Origin: an uncultured Methanosarcinaceae archaeon
Lineage (GTDB): Archaea > Halobacteriota > Methanosarcinia > Methanosarcinales > Methanosarcinaceae
Assembly: GCA_963847185.1 (NCBI GenBank)
Contig: CAWJYV010000007.1
Location: forward strand, 608,001-672,000
Length of the DNA: 64,000 bases
Direction: 5' to 3'
Shown: positions 1 to 9,721 of the stretch, one piece after another
Position numbering within the stretch: position 1 is the stretch's first letter
How the letters are laid out: each line of letters starts with the position of its first letter
Made by a program: the position numbers and the translations under genes
Notes under the pieces: model-generated
Told to the model about the DNA's origin: nothing
Seen by the model: the letters and a program-made list of their open reading frames with translations, nothing else
Databases searched by the model: none

Positions 1-88
1 AGAGGGTCGCGAATACCCCAACCTTCATTGTCATCTTTTTTCCCTATGATTGAAATGCCGGGCAGCCTGTTTGGGGTGGGGTGGTCAC
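1..88 (+). mobile_element. Right end of an IS200/IS605-family (TnpB omegaRNA-type) element, truncated by the window start
   Basis: GAATACCCCAAC...GTTTGGGGTGGGGTGGTCAC: complementary C- and G-tracts closing a stem and ending in TCAC (85-88), the typical archaeal IS605 right-end layout. Confidence 0.6.
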
Positions 89-507
89 ACACAATTTAAT
101 CTTTCATATTTTTAAATCTATGCGCTTTATCCACTATAAAATTCCCAAAAGCTACAGGTTGGCCTAATACATCCATCGTGGATGTAACAATGTTATTTGA
201 CGTGTCAATTACAGAAACGCTGTTACTGTCATGTTCGTCACATATACCCTACATTCGGCAGCAAGAACATTCTAACATGTAAATATCTTTGATTGTTATT
301 TTTTGTGAGTTTAATTAAAAATCAGTGTCATATGGGCTATATATAATCCGATTTATCATTTACCTCGTTTACTATAAATATATATTAATAATTACATAGT
401 TAACATTCATCCGTTTTTTATTTAAATTTAATTTTGAAAGTTCTGGAAAAAACGATATCAAGATAAAAATGAATGGATTTTTTATGTCGACCTTCCGAAA
501 GCAGGTC

Positions 508-1010
508 ACAAACATTCAAAGGATTTTTTTGAATGCAAAATATATCGCAAAATCATATGGGGCAAGATGGGACATAGTATTTTTCTTATAGAGTTGAAGA
601 GCAAGTATGCTCTGGAAGTTCTTGAAACAGAGAATGTGAAGTGATTGAGGCTTTAATCTGGACGCCGATTTTAACACTAATCGTTAGCAGAAGAGTTTAT
701 TCTATTGTACGAAGCTCAACAGCTCATCCTGAAAAAATGGCTCAATATACGCAGTTGCATTGGAGTACAATTTTTGCAGATAATGCATCAGATTTGTTGA
801 CAGTAATTCTTAATAGATGTGGAATTCAAAGAACTTTTGAAACTGTAATGAGTGTATATGAAAATCAAGCGAGTGTATATGAAAGTCAAGTATTAGATCT
901 GTATGTAAATAGAGAAAGGTTTTGAGATGAATGGTTTGAATAGGAGATGAAGATTGAATCCAAAAAAGAGTTTGAGAAGAAGGAAATTAAGTCTTAACCG
1001 ATGACCAATG
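508..1010 (+). pseudogene. IS4-family transposase C-terminal remnant with right terminal sequence
   Basis: Broken frames read TNIQ..AKYIAKSYGARWDI / ELKSKYALEVLETENV / IEALIWTPILTLIVSRR..WSTIFADNASDLL..VNRERF, resembling Methanosarcina IS4 transposases. Frameshifts, a stop and a 21-bp internal duplication are present. End motif CTTAACCGATGACCAATG lies near 993-1010. Confidence 0.75.
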
Positions 1011-1098
1011 GTAAAGTCTTTAGTTTTCAACAGGACTTATAGAAAAAGTATTTAGCGATAAATTTAAAACTCCGAATTGTTAATGTGTAGAGATCATC

Positions 1099-1800
1099 AT
1101 GCTCATAGTACTCTCATTAGGCGGGTCAATTCTCGCAAAAGACCTTGATCCGGATCGTTTTTCAAAATATGCAGAAGTCCTCCGGAGCATCTCGAAAAAA
1201 CATACACTGCTTGTTGTAACTGGAGGCGGCGAAGCGGCGCGGCATTATATCGATACTGCGCGAGCTATGGGGGCCGATGAAGTAACCTGCGACTACATAG
1301 GCATTGAGATCACTCGCCTGAACGCAAGACTGCTTATTTCAGCTCTTGGACCTGATGCCTCTCCAGAAATCCCGACAAACTATCTTGAAGCTGCAAAGGC
1401 CATGCGCCCTGGAAAGGTAGTGGTTATGGGAGGGGTCACGCCTGGTCAGACCACGGATGCTGTAGCTGCAATTCTTGCAGAATACCTGCGTGCAGACCTG
1501 CTAACAATTGCAACTTCTATAGATGGGGTTTATTCTTCAGACCCAAGCTGTGTCCCGGACGCAGTGAAGTACGAAAAAATCTCTCCTGAACGACTGATAA
1601 ACATAGTTATGGCAATTGAGATGAAAGCAGGTTCTAAATCTCCTGTAGATCCTGTAGCCGCAAAGATTATTGAACGCTGCAAGCTCGATGTCCTTGTCAT
1701 GGATGCCCGAAATCCTGCCCAGCTTGGAGAAATCCTTGATGGAGAGGCAGTTAATAAGGTTCCAGTAGCCTGTGGGACCTGGATTACAGCAAAGGAATGA
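1099..1800 (+). CDS. pyrH: UMP kinase (archaeal)
   Basis: VLSLGGS, VVTGGGEAAR, PGQTTDAVAA and DGVYSSDP amino-acid-kinase motifs. Confidence 0.95.
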   Translation: MLIVLSLGGSILAKDLDPDRFSKYAEVLRSISKKHTLLVVTGGGEAARHYIDTARAMGADEVTCDYIGIEITRLNARLLISALGPDASPEIPTNYLEAAKAMRPGKVVVMGGVTPGQTTDAVAAILAEYLRADLLTIATSIDGVYSSDPSCVPDAVKYEKISPERLINIVMAIEMKAGSKSPVDPVAAKIIERCKLDVLVMDARNPAQLGEILDGEAVNKVPVACGTWITAKE

Positions 1801-1986
1801 TGTTTAAGCCTGAAATCCAGGTGAAAAATATAAAATGAAATCTTAAAAGTAAGAACAAACTTTAAAATCCTTAACTCCCGAAAAATGAAAACTTAAACAT
1901 AGAAGTTTCGATATACATTCATTTACAGAGAACCAGGCCTGATTGTTGGCTTTGGTTCCGTCAGTTTTCGGGAGGAGGATCTGGGC

Positions 1987-3180
1987 TTGAATCTACCAGA
2001 AAAAAAGAATCTTTTTAAACCTGCAAAGTTTATTTTCTACTCTTTACTTACGTTTTTATTCCTTATCGCCTTCTATATTCAGGTTAGTCCCGCTTTAGGG
2101 ATTATGAATGAGTCAACTCTTGAGGGAGAGCTGGAAAGGAACGTCTTTATCACCGAATTTTATTCAGATCATAATTTCTCTGATGCGACAATCCGGTTTG
2201 AAAAACCTCTTGAAAATGTCTCTTTAGTTTTTACTTTGAGTTCAGGAAATCAACTATTAAAATCTGAAACCTTCATTTTAGCTCCAGTTAAGAAAGGGCA
2301 GGAAATTACTAAAGTTCTGTTCTGGGGGCTTGCAGAAGACTACGGAGAAGACAGAAAATCTTATACAGCACAACTTTTTGTAAAGAACGGCAGCGAAACC
2401 ATTGACTCGAGAAAAGTTTCGTTCTCTTACCGAAATCCAACTCTCTCAAAGCTTAAAGTTGTGGATTTTTCCGCGGATTCAGAAAAAGCTTCTGCTTTGT
2501 TAACTCCAACAAGCCATACCGGTTTTGGAAGTGTGCAGCTGCCTGAGCCCAGTATGATAGATTTTGACCTGAAGCTTTTATCAGGTGCGGATATTCTTTA
2601 TTCCGATAAGCAGGAGAATATTCCTATTACAAACACCTATTATAATGTAACTTACTGGCCTCTCCTCCTTGAAAATGACAAAAACTACACAGCCCTCCTG
2701 AAGGTTCACTCTCATTCTCCTGATATTTCTACAGCCTATAGGTCAGATTTCAGGGCTGAGGAAAAGGTAGAGATAATTGACCGGGATATCGATGTGGATG
2801 AATACGGAGCAAGTGTCACTGTTGTTGGAAAATCTCAGGTGCCCTATGATGGAATTATAAGGGTTGTGCTGAGTCCTGCAGGGGGAAAAGCGCAGGTTTT
2901 TGAGGAAACAGCAGATATACTGGCAGCAGGAAAAGAAGATACTGTAGGGATAATCTGGCAGGGAGTTCCAAAGGGAGACTATAATGTGAAGATTTATGTG
3001 CTGAACCGGGAGGGGAAGGTTCTGGACAGCCATGAGACTGTTCTGAGGGTCTTTGAGCCCGTAGCTCAAGCAGAACCTGTCGAGAAATCCTCAACTCTTA
3101 GTTTTTTTGCAATTCTTGGAATCTTTCTGTGTGCTGGAGTTTTGTCCGGAAGAGTAAGGCAAGAGAAAAAGGGACCTTAA
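1987..3180 (+). CDS. Secreted or membrane-anchored beta-rich hypothetical protein, probably associated with the ABC transporter
   Basis: N-terminal signal or TM segment, C-terminal TM plus basic tail, GGAGGAGG ribosome-binding site upstream, co-oriented with the ABC genes. Confidence 0.75.
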   Translation: MNLPEKKNLFKPAKFIFYSLLTFLFLIAFYIQVSPALGIMNESTLEGELERNVFITEFYSDHNFSDATIRFEKPLENVSLVFTLSSGNQLLKSETFILAPVKKGQEITKVLFWGLAEDYGEDRKSYTAQLFVKNGSETIDSRKVSFSYRNPTLSKLKVVDFSADSEKASALLTPTSHTGFGSVQLPEPSMIDFDLKLLSGADILYSDKQENIPITNTYYNVTYWPLLLENDKNYTALLKVHSHSPDISTAYRSDFRAEEKVEIIDRDIDVDEYGASVTVVGKSQVPYDGIIRVVLSPAGGKAQVFEETADILAAGKEDTVGIIWQGVPKGDYNVKIYVLNREGKVLDSHETVLRVFEPVAQAEPVEKSSTLSFFAILGIFLCAGVLSGRVRQEKKGP

Positions 3181-3217
3181 GGTTTCAAAGCCCAAATAAT
3201 TCGAATGCGGGATCATC

Positions 3218-4333
3218 ATGTTTGACCTCATCATCCGAAATATAATGAACAGGAAAATCAGGAGCGCATTGACAGTCTGCGGAATTGCCCTTGGAATTTT
3301 TGCAGTTATCGTCATGGGTGCAATGTCTGAAAATTTCCACCAGACTTTTGAGCGCTCCATGAGTGTGACCAGTGACAAAATCAGAGTCTTTGCCGAAAGC
3401 GGAGTTTTTGGAGGGGGGCTTATGGATGATAAAGTAAGCGATGTGCTCAGAGTTGCAGGTGTGAAAGACGCTTATGGAATTTTAATGACCACTTTTGATG
3501 AAGATAAGATGGGAATGACCGGAAAACAAATCCTTGGGGTTCCTCCTGAGAAATCCAGCGTTGCTCTTTATCCCGTTGAGTTAAAAGCAGGCCGCTTCCT
3601 CAGTCCCGGGGACTCCTATCACGTAGTTGTCGGAAATAATATAAAAAGGGAATATGAACTCCAGCCAGGGAGTAAATTTGAAATCCATGACAAATACTTT
3701 ACCGTTGTAGGAGTCCTTGACTATACGGGCTCGATTTTTGACAATGCCGTAATTATCCCTCTTGATACTGCACAGGAACTGTATGGTGTGGGGGATTCCG
3801 TATCCTATATTTTTGCCGTGCCTGACGAGAGGGTAGATGCCGAAATGCTCTCAGAACGCATAGAATTAAGTGTAAAAGGCACAAGTACCCTCTCTCCTGG
3901 AGAACTTGCGGTGCAGGCAAGGCAGTCCTTTATGATCTTTAGTGTAATAACTATCAGTTCCGGCATTCTTGCAGCAATCATAGGTGGGCTCTGTGTAATG
4001 AATACTATGCTCATGTCTGTTGCCGAAAGAACCAGGGAATTTGGAATTTTAAAAGCTATTGGGGCTGAGACCAGGGATATTTTACTCCTTACGTTGGGGG
4101 AAGCCTCGTGCATGGGCTTTTTCGGCGGAATCCTTGGAATCCTTGTAGGGGTCGGGGCTGTTTATCTTATGAACTTCTGGCTTGCAAAGACAAGGATAGT
4201 ACTTTTCCTGATAACTCCCAGACTTCTTGTAATTGCCATGATTTTTGCCTTGCTAATTGGTGCCCTTTCAGGTCTTTATCCTGCATACAGGGCATCAAAA
4301 CTGAGTCCTATGGAGGCTTTGAAACATGCCTGA
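3218..4333 (+). CDS. ABC transporter permease, MacB/FtsX/LolE family
   Basis: RSALTVCGIALG, MNTMLMSVAERTREFGILKAIGA, GLYPAYRASKLSPMEALK. Confidence 0.92.
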   Translation: MFDLIIRNIMNRKIRSALTVCGIALGIFAVIVMGAMSENFHQTFERSMSVTSDKIRVFAESGVFGGGLMDDKVSDVLRVAGVKDAYGILMTTFDEDKMGMTGKQILGVPPEKSSVALYPVELKAGRFLSPGDSYHVVVGNNIKREYELQPGSKFEIHDKYFTVVGVLDYTGSIFDNAVIIPLDTAQELYGVGDSVSYIFAVPDERVDAEMLSERIELSVKGTSTLSPGELAVQARQSFMIFSVITISSGILAAIIGGLCVMNTMLMSVAERTREFGILKAIGAETRDILLLTLGEASCMGFFGGILGILVGVGAVYLMNFWLAKTRIVLFLITPRLLVIAMIFALLIGALSGLYPAYRASKLSPMEALKHA

Positions 4334-5090
4334 ATTGGGAATTGAAGAAAAAGGGCGTGAAATTCTGAACAAGCCGAAAAAAGAGGAAAATAGCCGCAAT
4401 TGCGGGAACGCAGGGCAGCAAGTCATATTGCAGGTTGAAAATCTTTCCAAAACTTATACTCAGGGGAAAATTCCTGTCCATGCCCTTCGCTGCGCCTGCA
4501 TAACCGTAAGAAAAGGAGAACTCCTTGCCATCATGGGGCCGTCAGGCTCCGGAAAATCCACTCTCCTTGCTCTTATAGGCACGCTTGAAAAAGCGACTGA
4601 CGGGAAAATAATTCTTGACGGGACAGACCTCATATCTGTGCCTGAAAAACTGCTTCCCCGCGTGAGAAGAGAAAAAATAGGTTTTATTTTCCAGCACTAT
4701 AATCTGATCCCAACCCTTTCTGCGTTTGAGAATGTGGAGCTTTCCATGCGCTTTTCCAGGGTGCCAAAAAAAGAAAGGGAAGAAAGGGCAAGGAGTTTGC
4801 TTGAAGAATTGGGCTTGAGAGATCGTCTCTCTCATAAACCCTCAGAGTTATCTGGTGGAGAACAGCAGCGAGTTTCAATTGCCAGAGCACTTGCGAACAA
4901 ACCTGCCCTTATTCTGGCTGACGAACCTACAGGTGAGGTAGACAGTAAAACCCGGGATTCAATTATCAGGATTTTTAAAGAACTGAGCCTAAAAGGGCAA
5001 ACGATTATTGTGGTCACTCACGATCCTGAGGTTGCAAAGGAATGTTCGAGGGTGCTGAAGATAACAGATGGAATAATAAAAGATAATTAA
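4326..5090 (+). CDS. ABC transporter ATP-binding protein, LolD/MacB-like
   Basis: Walker A GPSGSGKST, signature LSGGEQQRV, Walker B ILADEPT. Confidence 0.95.
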   Translation: MPELGIEEKGREILNKPKKEENSRNCGNAGQQVILQVENLSKTYTQGKIPVHALRCACITVRKGELLAIMGPSGSGKSTLLALIGTLEKATDGKIILDGTDLISVPEKLLPRVRREKIGFIFQHYNLIPTLSAFENVELSMRFSRVPKKEREERARSLLEELGLRDRLSHKPSELSGGEQQRVSIARALANKPALILADEPTGEVDSKTRDSIIRIFKELSLKGQTIIVVTHDPEVAKECSRVLKITDGIIKDN

Positions 5091-5211
5091 AGGCGCTTTT
5101 AAAACACCTGACATGAAAATGGTTAACAAAAAATGAGCAGAGTAAAAAGGATGTCATGCCAAAAGATTAAGACGAACCGAAAATTAAAGTTCTGTGTCTT
5201 CAAGTTCTGAT

Positions 5212-6135
5212 TCAGATCTCTTCAAACTTCCATCCAAGATGTTCTTTTATAACAGTATATGCCATGGCAGGGGGAATGATCCCGATATCAGTCACGATCA
5301 TGTCAATATACTCGGCAGGAGTGAAGTCAAAAGCCGGATTTCTTACCTGAACTTTAGGAAGATCTGCAAGGACAGAAAGATCAATAACTTCCTCCGCACT
5401 TCTTTCTTCAATCTCTATAGGATTTCCGACAATTGTGCTTGGGCTAAACTTGAAAGTCTCGGCAGCGACCATGAAACTTTTTCTGGCTTCATGCGCAGCA
5501 AGCGCAAGCTGGGAGGTTCCGATCTTATTTACCAGGGCGCCGTTAGCTGCTATGGCATCCGCCCCAACGATAACCTTATCCACATCTTTCATATAGTAAC
5601 GTACTGCAGAGTCAACGATAAGGGTTGTAGGAATCCCAAAATCATTAAGATGCTTGATAGTCAATAAACCCTGACATCTGGGACGACTTTCTGTAGAAAT
5701 TACTGAAATATCTTTTCCTTCTTCAAAAGCCGTAGTGATAATAGAAAGAGCGGCATGGGAATTGCAGTGAGTCATGATAACGTCTCCACTCTGAATTCTT
5801 CTTGACCCGATTTTTCCTATCTTTCCGAGGGCTTTGTCTGCTTTCTCGATAAAGAGATTCGCATTCCTGATGATTTCCCGTCTTGCTTCTTCTACATTGT
5901 TTGAAGTGTACTTAGAAGCAAGTTTTACGGCATTTGGAAGAGATACAGCTGTGGGACGGGTGCTGATGAGAAAATTAGATACTTCCCCAATGCTGGAGCT
6001 GAACTCCTCCATTGAATTAACCTCCAGCCCTGCGGCATAATCTCTAATAGCTTCGGCAGCAGCTTTTGCAATTCTGCCCGCTCCCCGGATCTCCATTGTC
6101 CTGATCTTTTCTGCTGTTTCTTGAACTTTTTTCAT
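5212..6135 (-). CDS. Ribose-1,5-bisphosphate isomerase (eIF-2B-like family)
   Basis: MEIRGAGRIA, TRPTAVSLPNA, MTHCNS, ESRP, NKIGT, NPAFDFTP. Confidence 0.9.
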   Translation of the reverse strand: MKKVQETAEKIRTMEIRGAGRIAKAAAEAIRDYAAGLEVNSMEEFSSSIGEVSNFLISTRPTAVSLPNAVKLASKYTSNNVEEARREIIRNANLFIEKADKALGKIGKIGSRRIQSGDVIMTHCNSHAALSIITTAFEEGKDISVISTESRPRCQGLLTIKHLNDFGIPTTLIVDSAVRYYMKDVDKVIVGADAIAANGALVNKIGTSQLALAAHEARKSFMVAAETFKFSPSTIVGNPIEIEERSAEEVIDLSVLADLPKVQVRNPAFDFTPAEYIDMIVTDIGIIPPAMAYTVIKEHLGWKFEEI

Positions 6136-6204
6136 AATAAAAGGATAGATAGAGCTTGATTTATAACTATCTCTGACTATTTCGATATTTCCTCAAATCA
6201 TGAT

Positions 6205-6993
6205 TCAGATTTCAGTTATTTTTTCCGATAAATTCCTGTAATAAGCAAAAAGCTCCTCTCCCCACTGGAGGGCAACAGAGTCAAAGCAGAGGACATCTTC
6301 TTTATGGTCAAAGGTGCCGTCAGAAAAGGGTAAGGTAAGAGATAGAAATCTATCAGTAACTACGTGGGATAGTTCCATTTTTTTGCTGCATACGTAGAAA
6401 TTTGCATTCTTGAATTTAAGAAACTCTCTCAGTTCAGCCTCGTATTCTCCCTTTGTTCTTTCATAAACAGGGGGAGTTACTATGAGAGAAATATCCATAC
6501 CCATTTTCGCAAAATTAAGGAAAAGAGATGGATAAAGGGGATGAAAAATCGAAGCAGTTCCATTTATTCTCCTCGACTTTGTAAGATTTTCCACAAATTC
6601 TCTGTGAGGTTCAAAGAGACGTGTTCTGTCAGGAGGTTCGGAAAATTTACATTTTGACAGTTCTCCTATTCTTTTCCTCAAGAACGCCGGTATGCATTCG
6701 ACTGAATGGCTAGTCCAGTACTCATAATGGTATCCTAAGACGTTTAATATGTCAACCATTTTCTGCATTCTACCAGCTACTGATTCCCCTAGGGGGGAGA
6801 GGCTGTAAGTGTCGTCTTCCTTCAGGACAAGAAAATTTTCTTTCAGTTTTTTTAGCTGAGGAAGAATTGCTACCAGACCTGCATTTAAATGTATCTTGAT
6901 TTCTTCAGTTGTTTTTGGCCCCTCTGTTAAAAATAAAAGAATATCTTTCCTCTTTTCGGATAGGAAAATTAATTCAATAAGTGGGCTGGTCAT
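6205..6993 (-). CDS. Winged-helix transcriptional regulator with DUF1724-type C-terminal domain
   Basis: LIFLSEKRKDILLFL..GPKT N-terminus and ALQWGEELFAYY C-terminus typical of this methanogen family. Confidence 0.85.
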   Translation of the reverse strand: MTSPLIELIFLSEKRKDILLFLTEGPKTTEEIKIHLNAGLVAILPQLKKLKENFLVLKEDDTYSLSPLGESVAGRMQKMVDILNVLGYHYEYWTSHSVECIPAFLRKRIGELSKCKFSEPPDRTRLFEPHREFVENLTKSRRINGTASIFHPLYPSLFLNFAKMGMDISLIVTPPVYERTKGEYEAELREFLKFKNANFYVCSKKMELSHVVTDRFLSLTLPFSDGTFDHKEDVLCFDSVALQWGEELFAYYRNLSEKITEI

Positions 6994-7279
6994 ATTCTGC
7001 TTTATATATACTTGTACTTAATAAATATCCCCCTTATTATAGATCTATTGGCTTAAAAGTACACTCTATACCCGGATCTATTTTATATCCCTCTCAACTA
7101 ATCTTTGTGTTTATTTAAGTGAAAATTTAATCAACGAATAAAAAATTCCAATTTCAATATGATTTCTCAGGCAAATTAACTATATTTTGATCTAACTGAA
7201 TTTTTTAATAAGAAGCAAATTTCAAATACGATGCAAATTTTGAAGTCGTACAGGTTATATACGTCCATAACATAAAAAA

Positions 7280-7393
7280 GAAGTCGACGGTTAAGAGTTA
7301 AGGGGTTTTTCTCTTAATCGTAGGGGTTGAATCACAAAATTGGGAGCCAAATCAGAGGTGGCAAAAGGCTCCCAATTCTAACAAAATTTTTTG
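7280..7393 (+). ncRNA. Candidate small RNA with two hairpins
   Basis: TATA-like TTATATAC at ~7255; stem CGGTTAAGAG/CTCTTAATCG (7288-7320); perfect 11-bp stem AATTGGGAGCC/GGCTCCCAATT (7338-7377); T-run afterwards. Confidence 0.35.
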
Positions 7394-7767
7394 CAAACTA
7401 TTTTTCACAAAATAAATATTATTGTATAAAGCATTTTTCTCAATATTTATTATATTATATAAGTTTATACTATTTGAATATATATACTTCATTTTATTTT
7501 TATGCTGCTTTTCTCTGAGGATTATTCAAAAATATACAATAGTCTCAAGCTTTCGATTTTCTTCTGTTCTATTAATACCTTCTGGTAAAATATGCTATAG
7601 AGTTCCAGTTTAAAAGGAAACTTCTAATGTTTTGAAATTAATCCTGTGATTAATACTTAATATATTTTTTGTAATACTATATGAATGCAAAATTTATTAA
7701 TAGCGCTTACACAATATGAAATTGTTATCTCAAAATTAACTGAATCTGACGAGATTTGAGGCAAAAG

Positions 7768-8193
7768 ATGAATGAGATCCCTGAGCAATTCCCAGAAAAA
7801 ATAGAGTTTACTCCTATAGGCTATGTGGAAAATGACTACTTCGAGCCCGGGTACAATGAAGAAATCTACCAGAAAGTTTCAAAAATTGTCTTGAATAAAG
7901 AATTGACAGATGGGTTTTATAGGATAGGTGAACTTGGAAAACTTTATATACTCTTTTACTTTAGCAGGTCTGAAGGGTATAAACTAATTCACCGTCGCCG
8001 TTACGACGGGGAGCTAGCAGGAGTTTTTGCTAGTAGGAGCCCATTCCGGCCTAACGGAATAGGACTCACTCTTGTAGAACTCCTGAAGGTAGAAGGAAAT
8101 ATACTCCATGTAAAAGGTCTTGATGCCATCAATGGTACACCTGTGCTGGATATTAAGCCTTACATGAAAGAGATTGAAGATAAGGATAAATAA
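7768..8193 (+). CDS. tsaA: TrmO/TsaA (UPF0066) tRNA m6t6A methyltransferase family protein
   Basis: FTPIGYV, GVFASRSPFRPNGIGLT, GLDAINGTPVLDIKPY. Confidence 0.88.
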   Translation: MNEIPEQFPEKIEFTPIGYVENDYFEPGYNEEIYQKVSKIVLNKELTDGFYRIGELGKLYILFYFSRSEGYKLIHRRRYDGELAGVFASRSPFRPNGIGLTLVELLKVEGNILHVKGLDAINGTPVLDIKPYMKEIEDKDK

Positions 8194-8285
8194 TCAATGA
8201 TGGGTAAAAGTTCAAGATCTAAAGAGGCTCTTCGCTGTTTTGAGTTGGTAACTTTCATTCCTCTTCTAACTGTTAATGTATATCT

Positions 8286-8402
8286 TAGGACTTACGCAGT
8301 TGAACTGAAAAACAAAAATGGAAAACACTTAACTGTATAAATCAAAATTCTATCTACAAGGTTGATTGTGCTTGATTTCAGCCCTCAAGTGCGTAAGTCC
8401 TA
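8286..8402. mobile_element. MITE (117 bp) with IS701-type terminal inverted repeats
   Basis: TAGGACTTACGCA...TGCGTAAGTCCTA perfect 13-bp TIR, flanked by 5-bp direct repeat TATCT. Confidence 0.9.
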
Positions 8403-8659
8403 TATCTAAGATTTAGAAAGACTTTGTGTCGAAAAATAATATTCAAGTTTGATGTTTCTCTTTTTGGCCTGGCTACTTTCTAACTAAGCAATTATTTTTT
8501 TCTTTCAAGGTGAATCAGTGAAGAGCCCTTTATTTCTTGCAGCCTCCGTAACCGATTTTTCCCTTTTTAGCAGTACTATCTTTTATTGATAAAACAATGA
8601 GAGAGATTATTTTTCTTTAAGTCATAAATTCTTAAGTCATTACCTTTATTTAAAAGTTT

Positions 8660-8791
8660 GAGCTGATCCCAAAAATCAAAAATCACCTGCCAGAATCTCG
8701 ATTTTGAAATAATTAACCGAGCTGCTAATCAAGAAAATAATTCTGAAATTGTTGTGAATTTGGGAATAAAAAGTAGTTTTGGGATAGACTC
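8660..8791. mobile_element. MITE, second family (GAGCTNATCCCAAAA-type TIR)
   Basis: GAGCTGATCCCAAAA...TTTTGGGATAGACTC imperfect TIR; internal sequence similar to 51047-51172. Confidence 0.75.
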
Positions 8792-8895
8792 TTCATTAAA
8801 TTTCCTGGCTTTTATTTTGTGAAAAGTTGCTGAGAACAGAGAAAAAAATTAGGTTGAAATTGAAAATAAGAAAATAGTGTTCCGGAAATCCGGAA

Positions 8896-9144
8896 TCATA
8901 TAATATCTACAACACTGAACACTAGAATTGCTAAAAAACATACTAACAAAGGCATTAGTGCCATGTTAAACGAGCTGTTAAGGGAATTGTTCCATTTTTT
9001 CGATGCTGAAAGAATCTCCTTCAAAGAAAGGAGAGCTATCAGCCCTATAACTACCGCAGCCCCATATTGTGGAAGCCCGGGACTCGTAATCATTGAAATT
9101 GCACTCGAAGATATTGCACTTGATGAAATGATACTCAACAACAT
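8896..9144 (-). CDS. Small 82-aa hydrophobic membrane protein, copy 1
   Basis: Ser-rich N-terminus plus two TM helices; differs from 13496-13744 by one residue (I/V). Confidence 0.85.
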   Translation of the reverse strand: MLLSIISSSAISSSAISMITSPGLPQYGAAVVIGLIALLSLKEILSASKKWNNSLNSSFNMALMPLLVCFLAILVFSVVDII

Positions 9145-9209
9145 AGTGTGCCCCCATTTAGAAGACTTATTCAATAAACTTCTAAACAATAGGTAAAAAT
9201 CTCTCTATC

Positions 9210-9225
9210 TATAAAAAACTTTTGT
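9210..9225 (-). promoter_or_regulatory. BRE/TATA promoter of the small membrane gene, copy 1
   Basis: ACAAAAGTTTTTTATA on the minus strand, identical in the otherwise diverged second intergenic region (13814-13829). Confidence 0.6.
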
Positions 9226-9384
9226 CAGATATTATATGATTGACATATATGATTAATTTATTTAGTTTATGGGATCTATATGTTAAAGTTATCTTTAACA
9301 AAAAATCGATATTAAGCTACTTTTTTTGAAAATTAGTTGCTGTTATGACTTAATATTAATCCTTGTATTCAATGAAAAAAATAA

Positions 9385-9402
9385 GAAAGTAATATAAACA
9401 TC
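9385..9402 (+). promoter_or_regulatory. BRE/TATA promoter of the surface-protein operon, copy 1
   Basis: GAAAGTAATATAAACATC, identical at 13986-14003. Confidence 0.6.
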
Positions 9403-9721
9403 AAATAACTATATTTACATATTTATCTAAATTATTAAAGGGAGTAAATGAGACATACCCAGGGGGCTTAAAAATATTAAAAATTTGATAAGAGTAACTA
9501 TCTACACGAAGAAAAACTCTCGGTATAAAATATAACTGATATTAAAGTAAATGCTATCAACTATTTATAAAAATTTATATATGTGCAGGAGCAAAAGACT
9601 GCATGATATCTTATATAAATAATATTTTAACAAACTATCTTATTAAAATAATTATTTTAAATCGTATTTGATTGCCTGTTAAAAATTATAATTTGATTCC
9701 AATTAAAAAGGAGTAATTCCT

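Noticed and set aside
7327-7613. Small AT-rich ORFs
   Set aside because: Low-complexity Tyr/Phe/Ile composition expected by chance in an AT-rich spacer
8963-9196. Plus-strand ORFs 8963-9196 and 13461-13802 conserved in both copies
   Set aside because: Antisense to the 82-aa membrane gene; conservation follows from the duplication
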